From: an uncultured delta proteobacterium
GTDB taxonomy: Bacteria > Desulfobacterota > Binatia > Binatales > Binataceae
Direction: 5' to 3'
Assembly: GCA_963794325.1 (NCBI GenBank)
Contig: CAWCDG010000004.1
Span: forward strand, 992,001-1,056,000
DNA: 64,000 nucleotides
Shown: positions 9,251 to 18,188 of the stretch, piece after piece
Layout of the letters: each line of letters starts with the position of its first letter
Numbering within the stretch: the stretch's first letter is position 1
The notes under the pieces: model-generated
Database searches by the model: none
The model's input: only the letters and a program-made list of their open reading frames with translations
What the model was told of the DNA's origin: nothing
Translations under genes and position numbers: made by a program

Positions 9251-10570
9251 ATGATCTCCACGATCAGAAAGCGCCTCTGGCTGTTGGCTTTCGCCGTTAT
9301 TTGGTGTCTGGCGATCCCATCCGGCCACGCTCGCGCGCAAGGCCCGCAAAGTAGCTCGCTCGTCGATTCCAGCACTCTCAAAGGCAAGCTGATCATGGGC
9401 TACCAGGGCTGGTTCAACTGCCCGGGCGACGGGACCACCGTCGGCTGGTGGCACTGGTTTACCGGACCCGATCCGACGGTCGACAATCTGCCGAATGCCG
9501 CCGACTATCCAGCGGCGCAGCAGTGCGTCACTACCATGCTCGACGCCGGCGGAAATCCCGTGAACCTTTTCAGCGATGCGAATCCGGCGACGGTCGAAAC
9601 GCAATTCGCCTGGATGAAGCAATACGGGCTGGACGGCGTCGCGCTGCAAAGATTCGCGGTGGACCTGTTCGATCCGGCGACCCTTGCGGCGCGCAACATC
9701 GTGCTGGCCAATGTTCGCCAGGCGGCGGAGGACAACGGCCGCGTGTTCTTCGTCATGTACGACCTCACCGGACTGACCCGCGCGAATCTGATGAGCGTCG
9801 CGCAGGACTGGAAAAATCTGGAGCAGGGTGGAGTCACAAAAAGTCCGGCCTATCTACGCCATCGCGGACATCCGCTGCTCGCGCTCTGGGGGCTCGGCTT
9901 CGCGGGCCGGCCGATAGCACCGTCCGATGCGCTGTCCTTGCTCGGCGCGCTCAACAAGGCCAGCAAGCCTCATGGCGGCGTGACGATAATGGGCGGCGTG
10001 CCGTCCTATTGGCGGACGGGCCGGCTCGACGCCTCTTCCGACCCGAAGTGGCAGAAGGTCTATCGCAAGTTGGCGGTGCTGAGTCCGTGGTCGGTCGGCC
10101 GTTTCTACAGCGACGTTTCCGCGGACATCTATGACACAACAGTCTGGGAGCCGGATCTAAGGGCCACGCGGAAGTTCGGCATCGATTACATGCCGGTGCT
10201 GTTCCCCGGCTATTCCTTCGCCAACACCAATCGCGCCCTGGGCCAGCCACCTACGCCGAGTAACCAGATTCCGCGCGATTGTGGCCGCTTCTACTGGCGG
10301 CAGGTGTATGATGCGCTGGGCGCGGGGGCGACGATGCTCTACGGCGCGATGTTCGACGAGGTCAACGAAGGCACTGCGATGTTCAAGATGCTGCCCGACG
10401 CCGCGGGCGCGCCGGTAACCGGAATCCCATCGGGATATTCGTTCGTCACGCTGGATGCGGACGGATGCGCACTGCCAAGCGACTGGTATTTGAACCTCGC
10501 CGGCGCCGCCACAGCCGCAGTGCACTCCGGCACTACGCCTTCGCCAAGCTTACCGCTGCCGTTACCATAA
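9251..10570 (+). CDS. Secreted glycoside hydrolase, GH71/99-like
   Basis: Signal peptide; GYQGWF, WMKQYGLDGVALQRF, SPWSVGR, AMFDEVNEGTA motifs. Confidence 0.75.
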   Translation: MISTIRKRLWLLAFAVIWCLAIPSGHARAQGPQSSSLVDSSTLKGKLIMGYQGWFNCPGDGTTVGWWHWFTGPDPTVDNLPNAADYPAAQQCVTTMLDAGGNPVNLFSDANPATVETQFAWMKQYGLDGVALQRFAVDLFDPATLAARNIVLANVRQAAEDNGRVFFVMYDLTGLTRANLMSVAQDWKNLEQGGVTKSPAYLRHRGHPLLALWGLGFAGRPIAPSDALSLLGALNKASKPHGGVTIMGGVPSYWRTGRLDASSDPKWQKVYRKLAVLSPWSVGRFYSDVSADIYDTTVWEPDLRATRKFGIDYMPVLFPGYSFANTNRALGQPPTPSNQIPRDCGRFYWRQVYDALGAGATMLYGAMFDEVNEGTAMFKMLPDAAGAPVTGIPSGYSFVTLDADGCALPSDWYLNLAGAATAAVHSGTTPSPSLPLPLP

Positions 10571-10575
10571 GACTC

Positions 10576-11178
10576 ATGAGACGCACGGCATATCTCGTAA
10601 GCTTCGTGCTGGTGTTCTGCGCCGCATCCGCGCATGCGCAGGTGCCGGTCAGTCCGTTGATCGTGTCGCAGACCAGCGTGATACGGTTCACGCCGGCCGT
10701 ACCGAGCGGCGACGTGCGCGAAGGTTCGTGCTGGACGGAATCGATCGCCGTCGGCCGAAGTGGCGCGTGGCGATGCACCGTGGGCAACAGCATCAGCGAT
10801 CCATGTTTCACGATTTCCGCAAATCATAACGAACTCGTGTGCGATGCCAATCCCGCGCTGAAAAGGGACGGCTTCGTTTTGAAGCTGATGAAGCCGCTGC
10901 CCAAATCCTCGCGGCCAGATCAGAAAACGGAGCCGTGGGTTTTTCGGCTCGCTGACAATTCGATTTGCCAAGCGATGACCGGCACGCTGTCGCCGGTGAA
11001 CGGCGCGCCGGCGCGATGGTCATGCGCGATTCACATTCGCGATCAGGTCAGGCCGTCGGGATTGGTGACGAAACTTACGCCAGGAAAAATCTGGATGGCC
11101 GACAAATTTCCGGAAAGCGCGCGCGGCCAGAACGGGATCGAACCAATGCAGGTGCCGGTGAAGATGCTCTGGGAATGA
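10576..11178 (+). CDS. Hypothetical secreted Cys-containing protein
   Basis: ATG 10576, signal peptide ending ASAHA, several Cys/Trp (GSCWTES, AWRCTVGNSISDPCF). Confidence 0.65.
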   Translation: MRRTAYLVSFVLVFCAASAHAQVPVSPLIVSQTSVIRFTPAVPSGDVREGSCWTESIAVGRSGAWRCTVGNSISDPCFTISANHNELVCDANPALKRDGFVLKLMKPLPKSSRPDQKTEPWVFRLADNSICQAMTGTLSPVNGAPARWSCAIHIRDQVRPSGLVTKLTPGKIWMADKFPESARGQNGIEPMQVPVKMLWE

Positions 11179-11183
11179 GCGCG

Positions 11184-12713
11184 CTACTGCTTGCGCATCG
11201 CGCGCAATTGGCGGTGGGTTAGCATCCAGCGCAGCTGGCCACCGCCGCGCTCGAAGCGGGGGGGCAAGTCGATCGCGATACATCCACCGGTCTTCAATTT
11301 CAGATGAACCACATCGCTGGCGCCGGTCAGCAGAATCGACCCGACCGCGCTGAGTTGCGGCTCGTGCCCGACGATCATCACGTCCTCATGCTTTGAAAAT
11401 GCACGCAACGCATTCACCGCGTCGGTCGCCGCCACGCCGGTCGCGAGCGCGGGCAAAACCTGCGGCGGCGGATTGTTCTCGTAAGCAGCTGACACTATCT
11501 CGGCGGTTTCGGCTGCACGCGCGAGTGGACTCGTCAGGATCACATTGAACTTGAGACCCATCGCGCGCAGTCCCGCCGCCGCGTTGCGCATTTTTTCCTT
11601 CGATCGTTCAGTCAGTTTGCGCGCACCGTCGTCGCCGCTCGAGGCGGCCTCTTCGGCGGTCGCGTGACGCAGAATATAGAGCATCATGGGATTGATTCCG
11701 TGGCAGAATGCGAGTTCATCGAGTTGTGATTGGAGCGCGGTGGATCTTCTAAGTCTGGGTGCATGACTGGCGATCTGACTAATCGGATCTTTTTCGCCCG
11801 CATCTGCAACCGCCGAGGACAAACTCACCGGCTTGAGCGCCAATCTCCCGGCGCGGCGAATCTCCTCGAGCGTGTCATGCATCGCGTCGGATCGCTCGAA
11901 CTGCCGCCACGCCCGCATGCATTGCCGACGCAATTTATTTTCGCGACTGCCAAGCGACTGAATCAAGGCGCCGGCCGCGAGCATTGTTTTCGGCGGCGCC
12001 GCCGACGTTTCCGCATACGACAGCAGCCAGGCGGACGCGACCGCGATGTCGTGATAACTGCCGAGCAGTTCCTGCAGCTCTTCCAGCCGCCTTACGGTTT
12101 TCCGGTGGCGCTTGGCGCCCAGCGGCGCAATCATCTCGAGCTCGTAGCGCAGCCGCTTGATGCGAACGCGCAGCTTATGGAAAACCGGCACTGGAGCGTC
12201 GGTGGCGAGCTTTCCACCAAGGCGAGCTGCACCGCGCGAAGCCGGGCGGACCAACTGTGCGGCGACGATGCCCAGCCTGCGATCGGCGCCAACCTTTTTA
12301 ATCGCCGGATGCGCCAGCTTGGCCAGCAGATTTCGGTAACGCTTCGATTCGAACAGCTCGTGCAGCCTGGCTTGCTCGGACTTTCGCCCTTGTTCGAGCG
12401 CGGCCAGCATCGGCGCGAGCGCGTCTTTCAGACCGGGATCGATTTTAGTGGCGCGAGCGGCTATCAAGGCGGCGGTCACGTCGCATTCCCGGGCGCCGCC
12501 GGCCAGACTGCCAATCCAGGGAAGGTCGCGCCGAAAGATTTTGAGCTGCGCGGCGTAGATGACGCTCGAGAACAATTCGATTGTCGCGCGGAGCCGACGC
12601 GTCGCCACACGCAGTTGATGCAGCGGCTCCGCTTCGCCGAACTCCGCGGAACTCTGATGCCGCACCAACGATTCAACGCCGGACGCGATCGCTTTGCGCG
12701 CCGCGTCCGCCAC
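11184..12713 (-). CDS. CHAD domain protein continuous with a SixA-like phosphohistidine phosphatase (SixA part 11184-11687)
   Basis: Two CHAD repeats LHQLRVATRRLR and FHKLRVRIKRLRY...LQELLGSYHD; C-terminal LYILRHA, LTSPLARAAETA, VGHEP. Confidence 0.8.
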   Translation of the reverse strand: MADAARKAIASGVESLVRHQSSAEFGEAEPLHQLRVATRRLRATIELFSSVIYAAQLKIFRRDLPWIGSLAGGARECDVTAALIAARATKIDPGLKDALAPMLAALEQGRKSEQARLHELFESKRYRNLLAKLAHPAIKKVGADRRLGIVAAQLVRPASRGAARLGGKLATDAPVPVFHKLRVRIKRLRYELEMIAPLGAKRHRKTVRRLEELQELLGSYHDIAVASAWLLSYAETSAAPPKTMLAAGALIQSLGSRENKLRRQCMRAWRQFERSDAMHDTLEEIRRAGRLALKPVSLSSAVADAGEKDPISQIASHAPRLRRSTALQSQLDELAFCHGINPMMLYILRHATAEEAASSGDDGARKLTERSKEKMRNAAAGLRAMGLKFNVILTSPLARAAETAEIVSAAYENNPPPQVLPALATGVAATDAVNALRAFSKHEDVMIVGHEPQLSAVGSILLTGASDVVHLKLKTGGCIAIDLPPRFERGGGQLRWMLTHRQLRAMRKQ

Positions 12714-12780
12714 CGTTTCCCCGGGGAAAGCGTTACCCTGCGCGGCGGCGCATTGAAGCGCGACTCATCTACCACCGTTG

Positions 12781-13539
12781 CTATTCCTTGCGTGTCGATG
12801 TCCCGTTCTCGGTGGAATCGGGATGAGGCTTGCCATTCGAGCGCGACAAATATTCGGCGATGTGCTTTCTGAGTTCGCCCTGGACTTCCTCGACCGGCAA
12901 GCGCGCATCGACCGACACGAACCCGAACTCGCTGGACAAGCGCCGGTACTCGTCGATCAGGCGGGTCTGGTAGCGCTCGAACGAATCGAACAGGTCGGTG
13001 CCGAGCGCAAGATGCATCCCGGATTCCCAGTAGTCCATCCCCTTGCCCATGATGACGCGCGGAATAAGCGATTCGACGTCGATGTCGAGGTAGAGGACGA
13101 GATCAGGGACGAGCGCCATGCCGAAAACCTCGCGCGTCCAATCAGGGTCGGCCCCCATCACCGAGTTGCGGGCGAACGCCGTGTACATGTAACGATCGGC
13201 GATCACGATGAAGCCCGCCTGCAGCGCCGGCAGGATTTCATGCTCGAGGCGATCGGCAAAATCCGCGGCATAGAGCAGCGAGAACGTCGTGACGGTGAGC
13301 TGATGGCCGGCCTTGGCCTCGTTGATGGTCTCGGAGAGCAGCGGCGATCGCGTCCATCCGGTGTTGCTGACGGCGTAGCCTTCCAGCTCGAGCCATGGGC
13401 GGAGCAACTCGATTTGTGCGGAGCGGCCGACGCCGTCGGTGCCTTCAATCGCGATCAAATGGCCGGGCAGCCGCTTTTTCGCGACGTACGGCAGGCCGTG
13501 CCCGTACCAGGTTTTAGCGTGGCTGCGATGTGGCGCCAT
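12781..13539 (-). CDS. Thymidylate-kinase-like P-loop protein, degenerate Walker A
   Basis: IAIEGTDGVGRSAQ, ADRYMYTAFAR, PDLVLYLD. Confidence 0.85.
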   Translation of the reverse strand: MAPHRSHAKTWYGHGLPYVAKKRLPGHLIAIEGTDGVGRSAQIELLRPWLELEGYAVSNTGWTRSPLLSETINEAKAGHQLTVTTFSLLYAADFADRLEHEILPALQAGFIVIADRYMYTAFARNSVMGADPDWTREVFGMALVPDLVLYLDIDVESLIPRVIMGKGMDYWESGMHLALGTDLFDSFERYQTRLIDEYRRLSSEFGFVSVDARLPVEEVQGELRKHIAEYLSRSNGKPHPDSTENGTSTRKE

Positions 13540-14380
13540 TTTTTCCGGTAGCTCGCTTGAGGTCGTAGTCACGCAGAATTTCCTGGACCATGGTACGCAC
13601 GACCTTCTGTTGATTGGGAATTTCGGCGGCCGCGTCGATCGGACGCATCCCGAACTCCTCCGTCAGTTGATCGTAAATTTCCAGCACGCGGCTCTGGAAC
13701 ATCCGGAAACTCTCCACCGGATCCGCGGAGAGGCCTACGTCCATTCCAGCCTCGTGGTACTTGAGCTTGGCGCGTCCCGACAGCAGTCGCTCGAGCGAAA
13801 TATCAATCGGCACGCGGAAGTAGAGCGTCAAGTCGGGCCGCAACGCCGGACTATAAACCGCACGGACCCAATCGGGATGCACACCGCGCGCGACGTCGCG
13901 CGCAAACGCGGTGTACACGTAGCGATCGGCGAGCACAATCATTCCAGCCTTCAGCGGCGGCAGTATCTGGTAGGTCAATCGATCGGCGAAATCGACCGCA
14001 TGCAGCAACGAGAACGTCGTTGGCGTCAGCAGATTCTTTTTCTTGCCGCGTTGCATCGAACGCCGCACCAGCCGCGACGAATTCCACTCCGTGAAATGGA
14101 CCGGGTAGCCGCGCGCCCGCAGCCATCGTTCGAGCAGCAGCAGTTGCGTCGATTTGCCCGAGCCGTCGATCCCCTCGACGCAGATCAAGCGCCCCTTATA
14201 AGGATGCGGAGTTTCGAGCAGAGTCTTGGGCGCGGTGCGGGTTGAGTACTTGGGCGGCGTCGAGGATGGAGTAACGTGGCCGTTAGACGAAGCAACGGCG
14301 GCGGGCAGCTCTAACGCTGCAGCACCACCTGGCGATCCAGCAGTCTCGATAACAGGTCCGTTCTTCTCTCGCATGTCCAC
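13514..14380 (-). CDS. Thymidylate-kinase-like P-loop kinase
   Basis: ICVEGIDGSGKSTQ, ADRYVYTAFAR, PDLTLYF; start uncertain because it overlaps the ppx end. Confidence 0.85.
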   Translation of the reverse strand: MDMREKNGPVIETAGSPGGAAALELPAAVASSNGHVTPSSTPPKYSTRTAPKTLLETPHPYKGRLICVEGIDGSGKSTQLLLLERWLRARGYPVHFTEWNSSRLVRRSMQRGKKKNLLTPTTFSLLHAVDFADRLTYQILPPLKAGMIVLADRYVYTAFARDVARGVHPDWVRAVYSPALRPDLTLYFRVPIDISLERLLSGRAKLKYHEAGMDVGLSADPVESFRMFQSRVLEIYDQLTEEFGMRPIDAAAEIPNQQKVVRTMVQEILRDYDLKRATGKNGATSQPR

Positions 14381-15825
14381 AGTTCGAGGTCGGCCTTCTC
14401 GCGCTTCGAATCGACTCCGACGATCACACGTCCCGGTGAATACCTGACCTCGATATTCTTAACCACACCGAAGTGGCTTCGATCCAGCGCGTCGGCGACA
14501 CGCAAAATCGCGGCGAGGCCCCTGATCACACGGCGCTTGGCGGGGCTGAGCGATTTCAAATCCGGCGAATCGAGTTTCGGGGCCTGCTTGCGATGCCCGC
14601 GAGCCGCCTGCGCGATGACCTCGATTTCGTCAGTGTCGAAGCCGAACAGCTCCGCATTCTTAATCAGGTAGTAAGAATGGCGATTGTGCCGGTCATGATC
14701 AATCGCGTGGCCTATATCATGCAATAAAGCCCCGAATTCAAGCAGTTCTCGCGAGGACTTGGGCAAGCCCAAAACCGGCGCCGTCGCATCGAACAGCTTC
14801 AGCGCGAGCTTCGCCACCTGTTTGCCATGCTCGTTGCTTCCGGTGAATCGAGTCGCCAAGGCGTTGACCGAACGGCGCCGCGCGTCAGCCGCCGATCGCG
14901 AATCAATCTTGCGCGCGAGCCCGAGCAGGACGCCCTCGCGCAGCGCCCAGGTGCATGCGACCAGATCCGGCGCACCGGATTTCTTCAGGATAAAATTCAC
15001 GAGCGTCGCCGCCGCGGGCATCAGGTCGACCCGCTTGGCGTCCATCCCGGGGAGATCGACGCGCAGCGCCGCGTTGGCTTCGACCAGGTCGCGCGTGAGA
15101 TCTGAAATTTCGCCGGCCGACGCGCTCGCGCCATGTAGCCGGCCAAGCTCCTCGCCGCGCGACGATCGCGCCATCGCGACCAGCGTGTTGATCGTCCCCG
15201 ACGTTCCGATCGCGCGGACCACACCCGCGCGCTTCACCTTGCGCATCAACGGGCCAATCACGCGCTCGAGATGCGCCTCGAGCTTGCTCAACTGCGTGCG
15301 CGTCGGCGGATCGTCGAGGAGGAATCTCTCCGCCAGCCGCGCCGCGCCGAGCTTCACGCTCCGCATCCACAGCGGTTTGCCGTCGCGCACCAGCACCAGC
15401 TCGACGCTGCCACCGCCGACATCAACCAGCAGATGAGGCCCGCCGTCGAGACCGAGGGCATGACGCGCCGCCTGGAAAATCAGCCGCGCCTCGTCGAGGC
15501 CGGAGATCACTTCGACCGTCAGGCCCGTCTCGCGCTTGATGCGCCGGATGAACTCCGTGCGATTGCGCGCCTCGCGCACCGCGCTGGTCGCGACCGCGCG
15601 CAACTTCTCGACCCTGCGCACTCGCAGCAGTTTTTTGAAATTGACCAGCGCGCGCACCGCGAGGTCCATCGACTCCGCCGTCAGGCGTCCCGTAGTGAAC
15701 GAGCGCCGCCCCAGCCGCACCATCTCTTTGACCCGATCGACGACCTCGAGATGGCCCTCTCGGCTCACGTCCGCCACGATCATATGCACGGAGTTGGATC
15801 CGACATCGATCGCTCCCAGCCGCAT
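14311..15825 (-). CDS. ppx: Ppx/GppA exopolyphosphatase with C-terminal HD domain
   Basis: AIDVGSNSVH, VATSAVREA, DVGGGSVE, ALREG, ALLHDIG motifs; ATG at 15825. Confidence 0.92.
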   Translation of the reverse strand: MRLGAIDVGSNSVHMIVADVSREGHLEVVDRVKEMVRLGRRSFTTGRLTAESMDLAVRALVNFKKLLRVRRVEKLRAVATSAVREARNRTEFIRRIKRETGLTVEVISGLDEARLIFQAARHALGLDGGPHLLVDVGGGSVELVLVRDGKPLWMRSVKLGAARLAERFLLDDPPTRTQLSKLEAHLERVIGPLMRKVKRAGVVRAIGTSGTINTLVAMARSSRGEELGRLHGASASAGEISDLTRDLVEANAALRVDLPGMDAKRVDLMPAAATLVNFILKKSGAPDLVACTWALREGVLLGLARKIDSRSAADARRRSVNALATRFTGSNEHGKQVAKLALKLFDATAPVLGLPKSSRELLEFGALLHDIGHAIDHDRHNRHSYYLIKNAELFGFDTDEIEVIAQAARGHRKQAPKLDSPDLKSLSPAKRRVIRGLAAILRVADALDRSHFGVVKNIEVRYSPGRVIVGVDSKREKADLELWTCERRTDLLSRLLDRQVVLQR

Positions 15826-16037
15826 GGATAGAAGGTAGCCTTCCACGCGCTCGCTGTCATCCACGCTGCCCGAGCCCCGCACCGGCGCGCCAAAATATTC
15901 GCGCAATCATCCGGTGTTGATTAGAAGCGATGCGCGTTACGCCGCGATGAACGCCGAATGTCGAATTTGTTTTTCGCAGTATCCTCGCCGACCCTGTGGG
16001 TTTAATCTGTTGTCAGCACGCCTTACGGACGATTCTG

Positions 16038-17642
16038 TTGGCAGCCGCAGCCTCATCCACGATTGGAACCGACTTCCCCGAGTACGGATCCTCCAGCCAC
16101 AAGTGGCTGATCGCGCTGGCCGTGATGCTCGGCACGACGCTCGAAGTCCTCGACACCTCGATCGTCAACGTCGCGCTGCCGCACATGCAGGGCAGCTTTT
16201 CCGCGAGCGTCGACGAGATCGCATGGGTGCTCACCAGCTACCTCGTCGCCAACGGGATCATGATTCCCATGACGGGATGGATCTCGTCGCGCTTCGGCCG
16301 CAAGCGCTACTTCCTGATGTCGGTCGCAGTGTTCGTCGCCGCGTCGGGTCTGTGCGGCGCGGCTCAATCGCTCGATCAGATGGTCGTATTCCGATTGATA
16401 CAGGGCGCCGCCGGCGCCGCGATGGTCCCGTCGTCCCAGGCGATCCTGATGGAAACGTTCCCGCCCAACGAGCAGCAGCTCGCGATGGCGACGTGGGGGA
16501 TGGGCCTGATGGTCGCGCCGATCATGGGCCCGACGCTCGGCGGATGGATCACCGACAACTGGAACTGGCGCTGGAATTTTTTCATCAACCTGCCGATCGG
16601 CGCCGCCGCATTCCTGATGGTCTGGACTTTCGTGCACGACCCCGCATACCTGCGCACGAGGCGCGCAAAGGGCGGCAAGACCGACTACACCGGCATCATC
16701 CTGCTCGTCGTCGGCCTCGGCCTGGCGCAGCTCGTTCTCGATCGCGGCCAGCGCGCCGACTGGTTCAGCTCGCCGTGGGTCGTCTGGTGCACAATTTTAG
16801 CCGCGATCTGCATCATCGGACTGACCATCAACGAATTGCGCACGCCGGAACCGATTCTCGATCTTTCAATCCTCGGCATTCCGGTCTTCTCGATGTCCGT
16901 GATGCTGATGGTCGCGATGAGTTTCGCGCTGTTCGGCACCGGACTGTTGAATCCGATTTTTCTGCAGGAGCTGATGGGCTACAGCGCGTGGAAAGCGGGT
17001 CTGGTGCTCGCGCCACGAGGACTCGGCACGATGGCTGCGATGCTGATCGTCGGGCAACTCGCGCGTTACCGCTACGACACGCGTCCGCTGATCGGCGTCG
17101 GCTTCGTCATCATGGCAATCGCGCTGTGGCAGATGGCGGGATGGAACACCGACGTCAGCACCTGGACGGTCACGTGGCCCAGCCTCGTCATGGGAGTCGG
17201 GATGGGTATGATATTCCCGACGCTGTCCGCCATCACGCTTTCATGCGTCAGCCGCGAGCGCGTCGGCTACGCCGCGAGCCTCTACAACATGATGCGCAAC
17301 ACCGGCGCGGCGATCGGCATCTCGTACATGACGACCGTGCTCGTCGATCACGAGCAGACGCATCAGTCGTACCTGGTCGCACATTTCACCGTCTTCGATG
17401 CGTGGAAAATGAGCAACGCGGCGCGCCTCACTCCCGGCGCGCGCAGCTTTGACTATATGCCGCAGATGCTCACTGGCCAGAAGCAGGGACTAGGAATGGT
17501 GTACGGCATGATTCAGCGCCAGGCGATGATGCTGTCCTTCAACGACATCTACCGCACACTGGCTATTGTAATGATGATACTGATTCCAACCTTCTTACTA
17601 TTGCGTCGCGGGCAACCCGTCAGTGGCATGGCCGCTCACTAG
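16038..17642 (+). CDS. DHA2 family (EmrB/QacA) MFS efflux transporter
   Basis: LDTSIVNVALPHM, WVLTSYLVAN, GPTLGGWITDNWNWRWNFFINLPIG; start uncertain (TTG 16038). Confidence 0.92.
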   Translation: MAAAASSTIGTDFPEYGSSSHKWLIALAVMLGTTLEVLDTSIVNVALPHMQGSFSASVDEIAWVLTSYLVANGIMIPMTGWISSRFGRKRYFLMSVAVFVAASGLCGAAQSLDQMVVFRLIQGAAGAAMVPSSQAILMETFPPNEQQLAMATWGMGLMVAPIMGPTLGGWITDNWNWRWNFFINLPIGAAAFLMVWTFVHDPAYLRTRRAKGGKTDYTGIILLVVGLGLAQLVLDRGQRADWFSSPWVVWCTILAAICIIGLTINELRTPEPILDLSILGIPVFSMSVMLMVAMSFALFGTGLLNPIFLQELMGYSAWKAGLVLAPRGLGTMAAMLIVGQLARYRYDTRPLIGVGFVIMAIALWQMAGWNTDVSTWTVTWPSLVMGVGMGMIFPTLSAITLSCVSRERVGYAASLYNMMRNTGAAIGISYMTTVLVDHEQTHQSYLVAHFTVFDAWKMSNAARLTPGARSFDYMPQMLTGQKQGLGMVYGMIQRQAMMLSFNDIYRTLAIVMMILIPTFLLLRRGQPVSGMAAH

Positions 17643-18170
17643 CTATTGCATTTCCGCGAGCGCGCGCTCGAAAACCTCCAACGACTGGCGATCGAACAGC
17701 ACGAACTCCACCCGCTCCAGCGTCGTCGGGCTGCCGAGATGCGCGCGCACTTCCTCGAGCATCACCTCGGCGCATCGCTCAATTGGAAAACCCGCGATGC
17801 CCGTGCCGATCGCGGGAAATGCGATCGTCTTGAGTGAGTTCTCATTGGCGCGCATCAGCGAGTTGCGAGTCGCCGCGCGCAGATTCGCCTCCGACGTGGG
17901 TTCTCCCAGACGCATGCTCGCCGCATGAATCACATGGCGCGCCCGCAACTTTCCCGCGCCGGTGATCGCCGCTTCGCCCAGCGCAATCGTGCCGATCTTG
18001 TCGCACTCCTGCTGAATGCGCGGCCCACCCTTGACCCGAATCGCGCCCGCAACGCCGCCGCCCAGCATCAGATCGTTGTTCGCAGCATTCACGATCGCAT
18101 CCACATCCGCTTCCGTCAGGTCGCCCTGCCGAAACCCGATCTTCGCTCGCCAATCTTTGTTCATCGCCAT
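17643..18170 (-). CDS. Macro domain protein (O-acetyl-ADP-ribose deacetylase, YmdB-like)
   Basis: GDLT..DVDAIVNAANNDLMLGGGVAGAI, IAFPAIGTGIAGFP. Confidence 0.92.
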   Translation of the reverse strand: MAMNKDWRAKIGFRQGDLTEADVDAIVNAANNDLMLGGGVAGAIRVKGGPRIQQECDKIGTIALGEAAITGAGKLRARHVIHAASMRLGEPTSEANLRAATRNSLMRANENSLKTIAFPAIGTGIAGFPIERCAEVMLEEVRAHLGSPTTLERVEFVLFDRQSLEVFERALAEMQ

Positions 18171-18188
18171 GTTATTATCACGCCAACC

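Noticed and set aside
12781-14380. Annotating both kinases simply as tmk
   Set aside because: Canonical dTMP-binding motifs are altered and the context is polyphosphate-related, so the symbol was withheld
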